Below are positions 27,344 to 35,179 of a stretch of 35,179 bases of DNA, in pieces. The notes under the pieces are model-generated. The model did not search any database. It was not told where the DNA came from and worked only from the letters and a program-made list of their open reading frames with translations. This stretch comes from Ruminiclostridium sp. (GTDB lineage Bacteria; Bacillota; Clostridia; Acetivibrionales; DTU013): assembly GCA_012027035.1 (NCBI GenBank), contig VEPD01000249.1:1-35179 (forward strand), in the 5' to 3' direction. Positions within the stretch are counted from its first letter, which is position 1; every line of letters begins with the position of its first letter. Position numbers and translations under genes: made by a program.

Positions 27344-28033
27344 ATGGTGAATTTATCAATGGGGCCAAAACTGATTGTTATGCTGACATACAATGACCAG
27401 ACTGTAAAAAACGCAATTGAAGTTTTCAATGAATGCAGGGACTTGCAGGCAGACTGCTGGGGATTCAAGAATATCGGCTTGCCTGTGCCGCAAATGAAGC
27501 AGCTGGTTAAAAACATGAAGAAGTCAGGGAAGACAACCTTTCTGGAAGTGGTTACGTATACTGAAGCAGAGTGTATGCACGCTGCAAAACTGGCAGTGGA
27601 ATGCGGATTTGATTATTTAATGGGGACGCTCTTTTACAATTCGGTAGCAACCTTCGTAAAGAGTAAACCTATACGGTACTTCCCTTTTTGCGGGCATGTA
27701 AGCGGAAGCCCCAGCATATTGGAAGGCTCTGTTTCTGATATGGTTGATGAGGCAAAAAGAATGAAGCAGGCAGGCGTCAATGGTTTCGACCTGCTGGCAT
27801 ACAGGTATACGGGGGATGCGGAGGCGCTTGCCGGAGAATTTATTAAAAAAGTACCTGCCCCTGTCGTACTGGCAGGAAGCATAAACAGCTATAAAAGGCT
27901 GGATAAGGTTAAAGAACTGAATCCATGGGGTTATACCATTGGTAGCGCATTGTTCGATAAGAAGTTCGAAAACAATACCTCATTCAGGCAACAACTTATA
28001 AAAGTAATAGAATATATGAAAAAGGATATATGA
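27344..28033 (+). CDS. Uncharacterised (beta/alpha)8-barrel-like protein (NanE/ribulose-phosphate-binding-barrel-like)
   Basis: 229-aa ORF tightly packed between the kinase and oxidoreductase genes. The C-terminal VVLAGSINSYKRLDKVKEL..GYTIGSALF resembles the phosphate-binding end of NanE-like barrels. This is a weak assignment. Confidence 0.35.
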   Translation: MVNLSMGPKLIVMLTYNDQTVKNAIEVFNECRDLQADCWGFKNIGLPVPQMKQLVKNMKKSGKTTFLEVVTYTEAECMHAAKLAVECGFDYLMGTLFYNSVATFVKSKPIRYFPFCGHVSGSPSILEGSVSDMVDEAKRMKQAGVNGFDLLAYRYTGDAEALAGEFIKKVPAPVVLAGSINSYKRLDKVKELNPWGYTIGSALFDKKFENNTSFRQQLIKVIEYMKKDI

Positions 28034-28035
28034 TT

Positions 28036-29022
28036 ATGAAAAAGGAAAAATTAAAGGTTATCATTGTTGGCGCTGGTTATATGGGTGAGACGCATGCCGC
28101 CTTGTATAATAAAATGGAAGACGTTGAGGTGTATGGTGTTGTTGATAAAAACCATACAAAATCATCTGATTTTGCCAGGAAATACTCTTGTTTACCGTTC
28201 GCGGATCTAAAAGAAGCCCTGGCCTGCAAGGCAGATTTTGTAGATATATGCCTTCCTACGCCATTCCATAAGAAATCGGTAATCGAAAGTTTGAAATCAG
28301 GTATGGATGTAATATGTGAAAAACCCATATCACTTTCTGTAGATGATGCAAAGCAAATGGTTGAAGCATCTGAGCAGTATGGTAAAAAATTAATGATTGC
28401 ACACGTTGTAAGGTTCTGGGCTGAATACGCGAAAATAAATGAAATGGTAAGAACCGGTAAAGTTGCAGGAATCAAATGCCTTACACTCTCCAGATACGGT
28501 ACGCTGCCTGCATGGTCGGAGGACAACTGGCTCCTTTCCGATAAAAAAAGCGGGAGTATAATATTTGACCTCGTTATTCATGATATTGATTTTGCACTAT
28601 CTTTGTTCGGCATGCCGAATTGGGTTTTTGCATGCAAGAGCATGATGAATGAAGATTATACCTTGTATGTTAATGCAATACTCGGATATAAGGATGTGAA
28701 CGTATTGATTGAAGCGGGGTTCGCAATGTCCGGATCATATCCCTTTACTGCAGGATTCAGGTTGAGCACCGGAAGTATCTCATATGAATATGTCAATAAG
28801 GATGGAAGAGGACTGGTCATGTATTCGGATAAAATTGCAGGGGAAAAATTGGAATATGCTGATTGCAATCCGTACGAAGAGGAATTGAGATATTTTATCG
28901 AATGCCTGAAGAATAACAAAAAACCCCTGATAGGTGACGGTTACGATGCGATAAAGGCGGTAAAAGTGGCTAAATGCCTTGAGATTTCCGCCAATATCAA
29001 TGAAAGAGTGAATGTCATTTGA
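28036..29022 (+). CDS. Gfo/Idh/MocA-family oxidoreductase
   Basis: LKVIIVGAGYMG Rossmann motif and CEKP motif. Start is ATG 28036 (or 28030), overlapping the upstream stop. Confidence 0.8.
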   Translation: MKKEKLKVIIVGAGYMGETHAALYNKMEDVEVYGVVDKNHTKSSDFARKYSCLPFADLKEALACKADFVDICLPTPFHKKSVIESLKSGMDVICEKPISLSVDDAKQMVEASEQYGKKLMIAHVVRFWAEYAKINEMVRTGKVAGIKCLTLSRYGTLPAWSEDNWLLSDKKSGSIIFDLVIHDIDFALSLFGMPNWVFACKSMMNEDYTLYVNAILGYKDVNVLIEAGFAMSGSYPFTAGFRLSTGSISYEYVNKDGRGLVMYSDKIAGEKLEYADCNPYEEELRYFIECLKNNKKPLIGDGYDAIKAVKVAKCLEISANINERVNVI

Positions 29023-29067
29023 GCCTTAATAAATATTTATATTAATATTAGAAAGCGAGGAATAAAT

Positions 29068-30303
29068 ATGTCTGGTGAAAATTTTCCCATGTGGCCGCAG
29101 TTTGCTGAGGAGACACTAAAGGATGTGCTGGAACCTTTGAAAAACGGTAAGGTAAATTACTGGACCGGTCCTAAAGGAATGGAATTTGAAAAGAAGTGGG
29201 CGGAATGGATAGGGGCGAAAATGGCCATATCCTGTACAAATGGCACTGCGGCATTGCATATTGCCATAAGCAGCCTTGGGATCGGCCCCGGCGATGAAGT
29301 AATCGTGCCGTCCTATTCCTTTATTGCTTCTTCCTTTTCAATTGTCCAGGCCGGAGCGATTCCCATATTTGCAGATGTTACGGAAGAACACACAATCGAT
29401 CCCCGTGAGATTGTGAAACACATCACACCCAGGACAAAAGGCATCGTGGTTGTCCACCTCTATGGAGTCGTTGCGGATATGGGACCCATTCTGGAAATTG
29501 CAAAAAAGCATAATCTAAAGATCATAGAGGACTGTGCTCAATGCTTCGGTGGGGAATATAAGGGTAAAAAAGCAGGCACCATAGGCGATGTGGGATGCTT
29601 CAGTTTTTGCCAGAGCAAACACTTTACCACCGGCGGAGAAGGCGGTATGGTTGTTACAAACGATGAGGAATTGGGATGGGAATGCCGTTCTTTCAGGGAT
29701 CACGGATATGATGTAAAAACGCGTATGAGTTTGCTTGCACTTGAAGAAAAGCTGCCATATATACATAACCGTGTGGGCTTTAATTACAGAATGACGGAAA
29801 TCCAATCGATCATCGGTTTGAATGAACTTAAAAGGTTTGACAGCTGGAACATGGTCAGACGCTATAAATATGCAAAGATGTATGATGAAGCTTTCAAAGG
29901 TCTTGAAGGAATTAAAGCGCTCCCGCTTAATACTGAAGAAAGAAGGAATGCTTACTGGTGGTATCCGGTACTTCTGGATATCGACAGGCTGGATATAAAA
30001 GCCGACGTATTTATTAAGGAGCTTGCAGCAGAGGGTATTCCGTGTTATGGGATTCAATGGCCGGAGGCTTATGAAGAAAGGGCTTATAAAGAACTTGGCG
30101 GCTTTGGGAATGTTAAATTTCCATTTGGCTCAAAGGAGTATACAAGCCCGGAATCCATTGAATATCAAAAGGTAATATGTCCTGTGGCAAAGAAGCTTCG
30201 TTATTACACCATCAATCTGTTTTTGCATCCCACATGGGATGAAGTACATATAAATAGATGCATAGCAGGCGTAAAAAAGCTGCTGGCAAAACACAAAAAA
30301 TAA
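29068..30303 (+). CDS. DegT/DnrJ/EryC1/StrS-family PLP-dependent sugar aminotransferase or dehydratase
   Basis: CTNGTAALHIA, GDEVIVPSYSF, and FSFCQSKHFTTGGEGGMVVTND (PLP-Lys context). Confidence 0.85.
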   Translation: MSGENFPMWPQFAEETLKDVLEPLKNGKVNYWTGPKGMEFEKKWAEWIGAKMAISCTNGTAALHIAISSLGIGPGDEVIVPSYSFIASSFSIVQAGAIPIFADVTEEHTIDPREIVKHITPRTKGIVVVHLYGVVADMGPILEIAKKHNLKIIEDCAQCFGGEYKGKKAGTIGDVGCFSFCQSKHFTTGGEGGMVVTNDEELGWECRSFRDHGYDVKTRMSLLALEEKLPYIHNRVGFNYRMTEIQSIIGLNELKRFDSWNMVRRYKYAKMYDEAFKGLEGIKALPLNTEERRNAYWWYPVLLDIDRLDIKADVFIKELAAEGIPCYGIQWPEAYEERAYKELGGFGNVKFPFGSKEYTSPESIEYQKVICPVAKKLRYYTINLFLHPTWDEVHINRCIAGVKKLLAKHKK

Positions 30304-30389
30304 CAGGTATGCGAAATTGATAATAAAGGCAATGATGGGGTTGGTATGATTTTTAGACAGCAATTGATATTGTGGAGAGGAAAAATACA

Positions 30390-31265
30390 ATGGATAAATT
30401 AAAAATTCTTGTTATCGGATGTCATCCGGCTGATGTATTCGACCATTGCGGAGGTACGTTGGCACGTCATATAAAACGCGGGGATCAGGTAACAGCGCTT
30501 TCAATAACAACAGGTTCGCGCGTTCATAATGATACGGTTTACAGTTTGGTAAAAAATAAAAGGAAAAGCGAAAGGCCCGATCCGGAAAAACTTAATGAAA
30601 TCTTGCAGAAAAGCTTAAGAGAAAAAAACAAGGACGTAATTGAAGCCTGTGAAATTTTAGGGATAACGGATGTGCGCTTTTTAAACTATGATGATAAAAT
30701 ACTCATGGAAACCAGGGAAATTGTTGAATCGGTGGCAAAGGCTATCCGCAGCATAAGGCCTGACATTATCATAACACATTATCCTCTGGCTGATGCAGGC
30801 ATATCAAATCCCCATGCAATTGCTGGGAAAATGGTCATGAATGCATTTATTTATGCAGGTCAGGCTGATTATGATGATGAAAATCCACCACACTGGGCTT
30901 CACAGATATTCTTTATGACGGCCGGAGATTCATTGTTCAAGGGCAACTATCTTGCGGAGGTAACAACGTTCAACTGCAATACTTTTATAGATATAACCGA
31001 TGTTATCGAACTGAAACTGAAAGCCGGCTGCAAGATGAAAAGCCAGCAATATGGAGAAGAATACAGTAAAAAGGCACTTGAAGCTACAGATGGCTTATGT
31101 GGGCTTTTCATGGGCGTACCTTATGCAGAGGCATTTATAAGATATTATCCTGATATAGCAGGATATCTGACAGTTTCCAATGAACTGCGTGAACGGGCAA
31201 ATGAGCCTGAGTTGGAAAAGCTTGAAAGAAAAGGTAAATTGATTGTTCCTTTTGTTAAGATATAA
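30390..31265 (+). CDS. PIG-L/LmbE-family N-deacetylase
   Basis: ATG 30390 follows GGAGAGG. ILVIGCHPADVFDHCGGT is a variant of the AHPDD metal motif, followed by ITHYP. Confidence 0.7.
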   Translation: MDKLKILVIGCHPADVFDHCGGTLARHIKRGDQVTALSITTGSRVHNDTVYSLVKNKRKSERPDPEKLNEILQKSLREKNKDVIEACEILGITDVRFLNYDDKILMETREIVESVAKAIRSIRPDIIITHYPLADAGISNPHAIAGKMVMNAFIYAGQADYDDENPPHWASQIFFMTAGDSLFKGNYLAEVTTFNCNTFIDITDVIELKLKAGCKMKSQQYGEEYSKKALEATDGLCGLFMGVPYAEAFIRYYPDIAGYLTVSNELRERANEPELEKLERKGKLIVPFVKI

Positions 31266-31313
31266 AAGTTGATATTCAGGAAAAAGATTCTGGTTTTGGG
31301 AGGGAAGTCTTAG

Positions 31314-31943
31314 ATGAAGACTATTTTATGCTATGGAGATTCAAATACCTGGGGCTATAATCCTACTACCATGGGACGGTATGGGATCAATGAAAGATGG
31401 ACGGGACAATTGGCTGTGAGACTTGGAAACAGCTACAGGATTATTGAAGAAGGATTGAACTGCCGTACAACTGTCTGGGAGGATCCGGTTGACGGCAGTT
31501 ACAAGAGCGGAAAGGATTATCTGGCGCCTTGCCTCGATTCACACAGACCCATTGATCTGGTCATATTGTGGCTTGGGACGAATGATCTTAAAAGGCGTTT
31601 TTCGTTAGCTCCTTCCGACATTTCCACAGGCGTGGAAGTTCTGATCAAAATAATTGAAAACAGCGCTTCAGGTATTGATGGAAATGCTCCTGAGATTTTA
31701 CTGTTAAGCCCTACACCGGTAGGTAAGCCTGTGGATTTTCATGAAATGTTTAAAGATGCTGAAGAAAAATCAATAAAATTGCATGCATTGTATTCTGAAA
31801 TAGCGAAACTACATGGATGTAAGTATTTCAACCCGTCGGAAATCATTTCTGTAAGTGGGATTGACGGAGTCCACTTTGATTTGGAATCTCACAGCAAGCT
31901 TGCTGAAAAGCTGGCTTCGATCATTAAAAATATTTTTAAATAA
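31314..31943 (+). CDS. SGNH/GDSL-family esterase
   Basis: Block I ILCYGDSNTWG, block III LGTNDLK, block V DGVHF. Confidence 0.75.
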   Translation: MKTILCYGDSNTWGYNPTTMGRYGINERWTGQLAVRLGNSYRIIEEGLNCRTTVWEDPVDGSYKSGKDYLAPCLDSHRPIDLVILWLGTNDLKRRFSLAPSDISTGVEVLIKIIENSASGIDGNAPEILLLSPTPVGKPVDFHEMFKDAEEKSIKLHALYSEIAKLHGCKYFNPSEIISVSGIDGVHFDLESHSKLAEKLASIIKNIFK

Positions 31944-31958
31944 GAATGGAAGAGGTTT

Positions 31959-32789
31959 ATGAATAAAATAAACAAACTGGGCGTAGTAATGAAACTAAGC
32001 AATAGCATTATGGAGGAATTCCGGAAAATCAAAGGATGGGGGTTTGAGACCTGCCATCTGACATGCTTTGACAGGAACATGCTGACTGACGGCTATGCTG
32101 AATTGGTTAATCTAGCCGTGGAAAAAAGCGGAATAGAAATAACCGCTTTCTGGTGTGGCCTGGACAACCCTGCTTTCTGGAATTTCTATGATGGACCGTC
32201 TACCTTGGGACTTGTTCCTTCTGTTTACAGGCATAAAAGGATTGAGACACTTTTGCTGGGGTCTGATTTCGCCAGGAAAACAGGCATAAAAAATGTGGCG
32301 ACACAAATGGGTTTTATACCGGAAGACCCTTATGATTCCAACTATATGGGTGTTGTAAATACTATAAGATTTGTGGCCGGATATTGCAAAAACAGCAATC
32401 AGAGCATCCTGTTTGAAACAGGGCTTGACACTCCTGTCACATTGAAAAGGATCATACAGGATATAGGTTTTGACAACGTGGGTGTTAATTTCGATCCGGC
32501 AAACCTTCTGATGTGGGGGAAGGCAAATCCTATCGATGCACTGGATATCCTCAGTGAATATATATTTGAGGTTCATGCCAAAGACGGCGAATATCCGACT
32601 GACGTTAAAAACGCAGGTGTAGAAAAGCCTCTGGGTCAGGGCAGAGTCAATGTGCAGGCTTTTGTGTCAAGGCTTGACGCCTTTGGGTATAAAGGACCTA
32701 TTACAATCGAAACATATGCTGCCGGAGGACTGTGGGATGAAGCTGTGCTAGCCGCCAAAAAATTATTGGAAAGTATTATGCATAAATGA
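31959..32789 (+). CDS. Xylose-isomerase-like TIM-barrel protein (sugar phosphate isomerase/epimerase family)
   Basis: LFETG, GVNFDPANL and EVHAKDG are the metal-binding strand motifs typical of this family. Start is ATG 31959 or 31989. Confidence 0.7.
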   Translation: MNKINKLGVVMKLSNSIMEEFRKIKGWGFETCHLTCFDRNMLTDGYAELVNLAVEKSGIEITAFWCGLDNPAFWNFYDGPSTLGLVPSVYRHKRIETLLLGSDFARKTGIKNVATQMGFIPEDPYDSNYMGVVNTIRFVAGYCKNSNQSILFETGLDTPVTLKRIIQDIGFDNVGVNFDPANLLMWGKANPIDALDILSEYIFEVHAKDGEYPTDVKNAGVEKPLGQGRVNVQAFVSRLDAFGYKGPITIETYAAGGLWDEAVLAAKKLLESIMHK

Positions 32790-32932
32790 GTATTGCCTTA
32801 ATGAGCATTCCATTAAAGCAGGCTATCCTGGAAGATTGTGTGATCCTTGCGGATGAAGCTTTGCGGATGAGACTGAAGGATAAATATCCGGCTGTATATG
32901 AAAGGATACAAAAACGAAGGGCATTAAAATAA
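32786..32932 (+). CDS. Small ORF (48 aa) of unknown function, possibly a gene remnant
   Basis: Its ATG overlaps the upstream TGA (ATGA). Product: MSIALMSIPLKQAILEDCVILADEALRMRLKDKYPAVYERIQKRRALK. Followed by a terminator. No family recognised, and too short for the ORF track. Confidence 0.25.
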   Translation: MSIALMSIPLKQAILEDCVILADEALRMRLKDKYPAVYERIQKRRALK

Positions 32933-32949
32933 TTATTGCAATATATATA

Positions 32950-32983
32950 GCTTTTCAGATATTAAACTGGAAGGCATTTTTTT
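32950..32983 (+). terminator. Rho-independent terminator closing the catabolic island
   Basis: Stem GCTTTTCAG (32950-32958) pairs with CTGGAAGGC (32967-32975), with two G-U pairs. 8-nt loop, then A plus TTTTTTT. Confidence 0.55.
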
Positions 32984-33143
32984 GTAGTAAATCAAAGAGT
33001 TATGGATGGCGATTAAACATACTGTATGGTAGTCTTTTCTTTTTTGAAATAATTTCTAAAAAATATCTAGATTCCTGATTCATATTATGCTAATATTACA
33101 CAAAAGAAACACATATGTTCATGATGCGTGGACGGGAGGTAGT

Positions 33144-33587
33144 ATGGATAAGAATTCTACATATCTGCTTGTGGATGCGTCGGTACTTCCAGAGGTTTTT
33201 TCAAAGGTGATCGAGGTAAAAAAAATCCTCAGCAGGGGAAGAATAAAAGCAGTAAATGAGGCGGTAAAGGAAGCTGGGATAAGCAGGAGCGCATATTATA
33301 AATACAAGGATTTTATTTTTCCATTCTATGAGACTTCCAGAGGAAGGGTCATAACCCTTTTTTTCGTGGTTGAAGACTTCTCCGGAATTTTATCCAGCAT
33401 CATAAATAAGATTGCACTTGCTAAAGCCAATATAATAACAATAAATCAGAACGTTCCCATAAACGGACTTGCCGATATTACCATATCCATAGAAACCGCA
33501 GGTATGACAATGGAGATAAGGGAAATGATGGAGAGTATAGGAACGATAGATGGAGTAAGAAGGCAGGAGATCCTTGCAAGGGATTAA
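33144..33587 (+). CDS. ACT-domain protein (UPF0735/PheB-like)
   Basis: ATG 33144 follows GGGAGG. N-terminal HTH-like segment (AVKEAGISRSAYYKYKD), then an ACT fold (ITLFFVVEDFSGILSSI). This is the usual position upstream of hom in Clostridia. Confidence 0.75.
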   Translation: MDKNSTYLLVDASVLPEVFSKVIEVKKILSRGRIKAVNEAVKEAGISRSAYYKYKDFIFPFYETSRGRVITLFFVVEDFSGILSSIINKIALAKANIITINQNVPINGLADITISIETAGMTMEIREMMESIGTIDGVRRQEILARD

Positions 33588-33708
33588 GCAAGAGGTAGAT
33601 AATGCATAACTATGAGGCAGGTATGTCCTGTTAATATAAGAAATGCTGGAATCATGCAATATCAAAGCTGTAATAGCAGAATTGTCAGAAAAACAGGGAG
33701 GAATTCCT

Positions 33709-34959
33709 ATGATAAATGTAGCAATTTTAGGCTATGGGGTAGTTGGCTCGGGAGTCGCCGAGGTAATCAGGAAAAACAGCCGGAGCATTGCTCAGCGGGC
33801 AGGCGAGGAGATACAGGTCAAAAGGATTCTGGATATAAGGGATTTCCCGGAAGGGCCTGACAGCAGCCTGCTGACAAAAGATGCGGAAGTTGTTTTCGGC
33901 GACAGCTCAATTGCTATTGTTGTTGAAACCATAGGAGGGGCCGGAATAGCTCATGAATTCACCAAAAAAGCTTTTTCCCTTAAAAAACATGTTGTGACCT
34001 CCAACAAAGAGTTGATTGCGACACATGGCCCGGAATTGCTTAAAATGGCATCGGAAAATTGTGTCAGTTATCTTTTCGAGGCCAGCGTGGGTGGAGGCAT
34101 ACCTATAATACGCCCATTAAATCAATGCCTTGCTGCAAATGTAATAAACGGTATTACCGGGATACTCAACGGAACTACGAATTATATCCTTACTCAGATG
34201 AGGAAAGAAGGAAGAGATTTCTCCGATGCATTAAAAAGCGCTCAGGAGCATGGCTATGCAGAGGCGAATCCTACTGCGGATATTGAAGGGCATGATGCAT
34301 GTAGAAAAATTGCTATTTTGTCTTCTATTGCATATAATGAATTTGTTGATTGCAATGCGATATATACAGAGGGAATAACAAAAATAAGCGTTATAGATAT
34401 GCAATATGCGGAGTTGATGGATTCCGTGATAAAGCTGATCGCCATGAGTAAAAAGGCGGGGGACAGGATTTTTGCACGAGTCAGCCCTGCCATAATCAGT
34501 AAGGGCCATCCATTATCCAATGTGGAGGATGTTTTCAATGCCATTGTTGTAAAAGGTGACGTCATAGGAGATGCAATGTTTTATGGCAGGGGAGCAGGGA
34601 AGCTTCCGACTGCCAGCGCGGTTGTGGCTGATATTATAGATATAGTTCGTCATTTTGATAGTTATGGAAATAATTCTTGGCCAAGAAAAGATTATAACAA
34701 CCTTATTGATATATCAGAAAGTGAAACCCGATATTTTGTCAGGGTGAAAACCAGGAATACGGAAGAGGCAAGGAAATTCATCAGGAATACCTTTGCTGCG
34801 CCGGAGTTTCTGTTCCATATCAGGCAGGAGGCGGAAGGCGAACTGGCCTTTACAACTGAAAAGTCTACAGAGGCTGAACTGGCAGGTAAAGTAGACGCAC
34901 TAAAGGGTATAGGCGCTATAAAAGAAGTAGTTAGCGTATTACGGATTGAAGAGGAGTAA
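33709..34959 (+). CDS. hom: Homoserine dehydrogenase
   Basis: ATG 33709 follows AGGGAGG. INVAILGYGVVGSGV, VVTSNKEL, EASVGGGIPII, GILNGTTNYIL, GYAEANPTADIEGHDA and a C-terminal ACT domain. Confidence 0.9.
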   Translation: MINVAILGYGVVGSGVAEVIRKNSRSIAQRAGEEIQVKRILDIRDFPEGPDSSLLTKDAEVVFGDSSIAIVVETIGGAGIAHEFTKKAFSLKKHVVTSNKELIATHGPELLKMASENCVSYLFEASVGGGIPIIRPLNQCLAANVINGITGILNGTTNYILTQMRKEGRDFSDALKSAQEHGYAEANPTADIEGHDACRKIAILSSIAYNEFVDCNAIYTEGITKISVIDMQYAELMDSVIKLIAMSKKAGDRIFARVSPAIISKGHPLSNVEDVFNAIVVKGDVIGDAMFYGRGAGKLPTASAVVADIIDIVRHFDSYGNNSWPRKDYNNLIDISESETRYFVRVKTRNTEEARKFIRNTFAAPEFLFHIRQEAEGELAFTTEKSTEAELAGKVDALKGIGAIKEVVSVLRIEEE

Positions 34960-34995
34960 GAAATAATGGACAGCAAAAAGGGAGGTAGTAATCAG

Positions 34996-35179
34996 TTGGC
35001 TTGATTGTACAAAAATATGGCGGAAGCTCTGTTGCCAATGCGGAAAAGATTTTCATCGCTGCAGGCAGAATCCTTGAGGCATATGATTGAGGGAATCCCC
35101 TGGTAGTGGTGGTCTCGGCTCAAGGGGATACAACTGACGACCTGATTGAATAAGCCAGAGAAATCAATCCTCATCCGTC
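34996..35179 (+). pseudogene. lysC: Aspartate kinase, 5' part, with in-frame TGA (35088-35090) and TAA (35151-35153); runs off the window
   Basis: The frame from TTG 35001 reads LIVQKYGGSSVANAEKIFIAAGRILEAYD-stop-GNPLVVVVSAQGDTTDDLIE-stop-AREINPHP. This is collinear with the aspartokinase N-terminus (IVQKFGGTSV...VVVVSAMG.TTD.L). The better-spaced start, TTG 34996, is out of frame by one nt. Confidence 0.75.

Noticed and set aside
1-35179. Defence systems, CRISPR arrays, prophage or integrase genes, toxin-antitoxin pairs, tRNA and rRNA genes.
   Set aside because: I scanned both strands and the intergenic regions. There are no direct-repeat/spacer arrays, no nuclease/ATPase/helicase-type ORFs, no recombinases and no cloverleaf-like sequences. 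The window is metabolic plus amino-acid biosynthesis.

Overview
Low-GC Firmicutes/Clostridia-like chromosomal segment. Every supportable gene (about 37) lies on the + strand. I found no tRNA, rRNA, CRISPR array, transposase, or recognisable defence genes.

Positions 61-32,932 read as one large accessory carbohydrate or amino-sugar catabolic island. Its contents are:
- an AraC regulator flanked by two near-consensus SigA promoters;
- an Lpl-type ABC importer (two permeases plus a lipoprotein binding protein);
- two paralogous beta-propeller glycosidase-like proteins and a CBM9-like, sortase-anchored surface protein;
- three Gfo/Idh/MocA oxidoreductases, a ThuA-like protein and a xylose-isomerase-like TIM barrel;
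- a DegT aminotransferase, plus PIG-L, SGNH, M20 and ceramidase-like deacylases;
- an FGGY kinase, class I and class II aldolases, a fused transketolase, an IolD-like ThDP enzyme, an RpiB-like isomerase and a methylmalonate-semialdehyde dehydrogenase;
- an orphan non-pyrrolysine MttB-family protein.

The 3' end (33,144-35,179) is a housekeeping ACT-hom-lysC block.

Three things stand out:
1. Four in-frame nonsense codons interrupt three otherwise intact genes: TAG in the ThDP enzyme, TAG in the ABC binding protein, and TGA plus TAA in aspartate kinase.
2. A roughly 112-bp nested-palindrome repeat family has three copies. One is a pristine copy with 16-bp terminal inverted repeats and a GTAA flanking duplication. 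Two are diverged copies sitting in 5' leaders, with wobble-compatible stem changes.
3. The enzyme combination of the island matches no textbook pathway I can name.

All functional calls come from motif recognition by eye. No database search was run.
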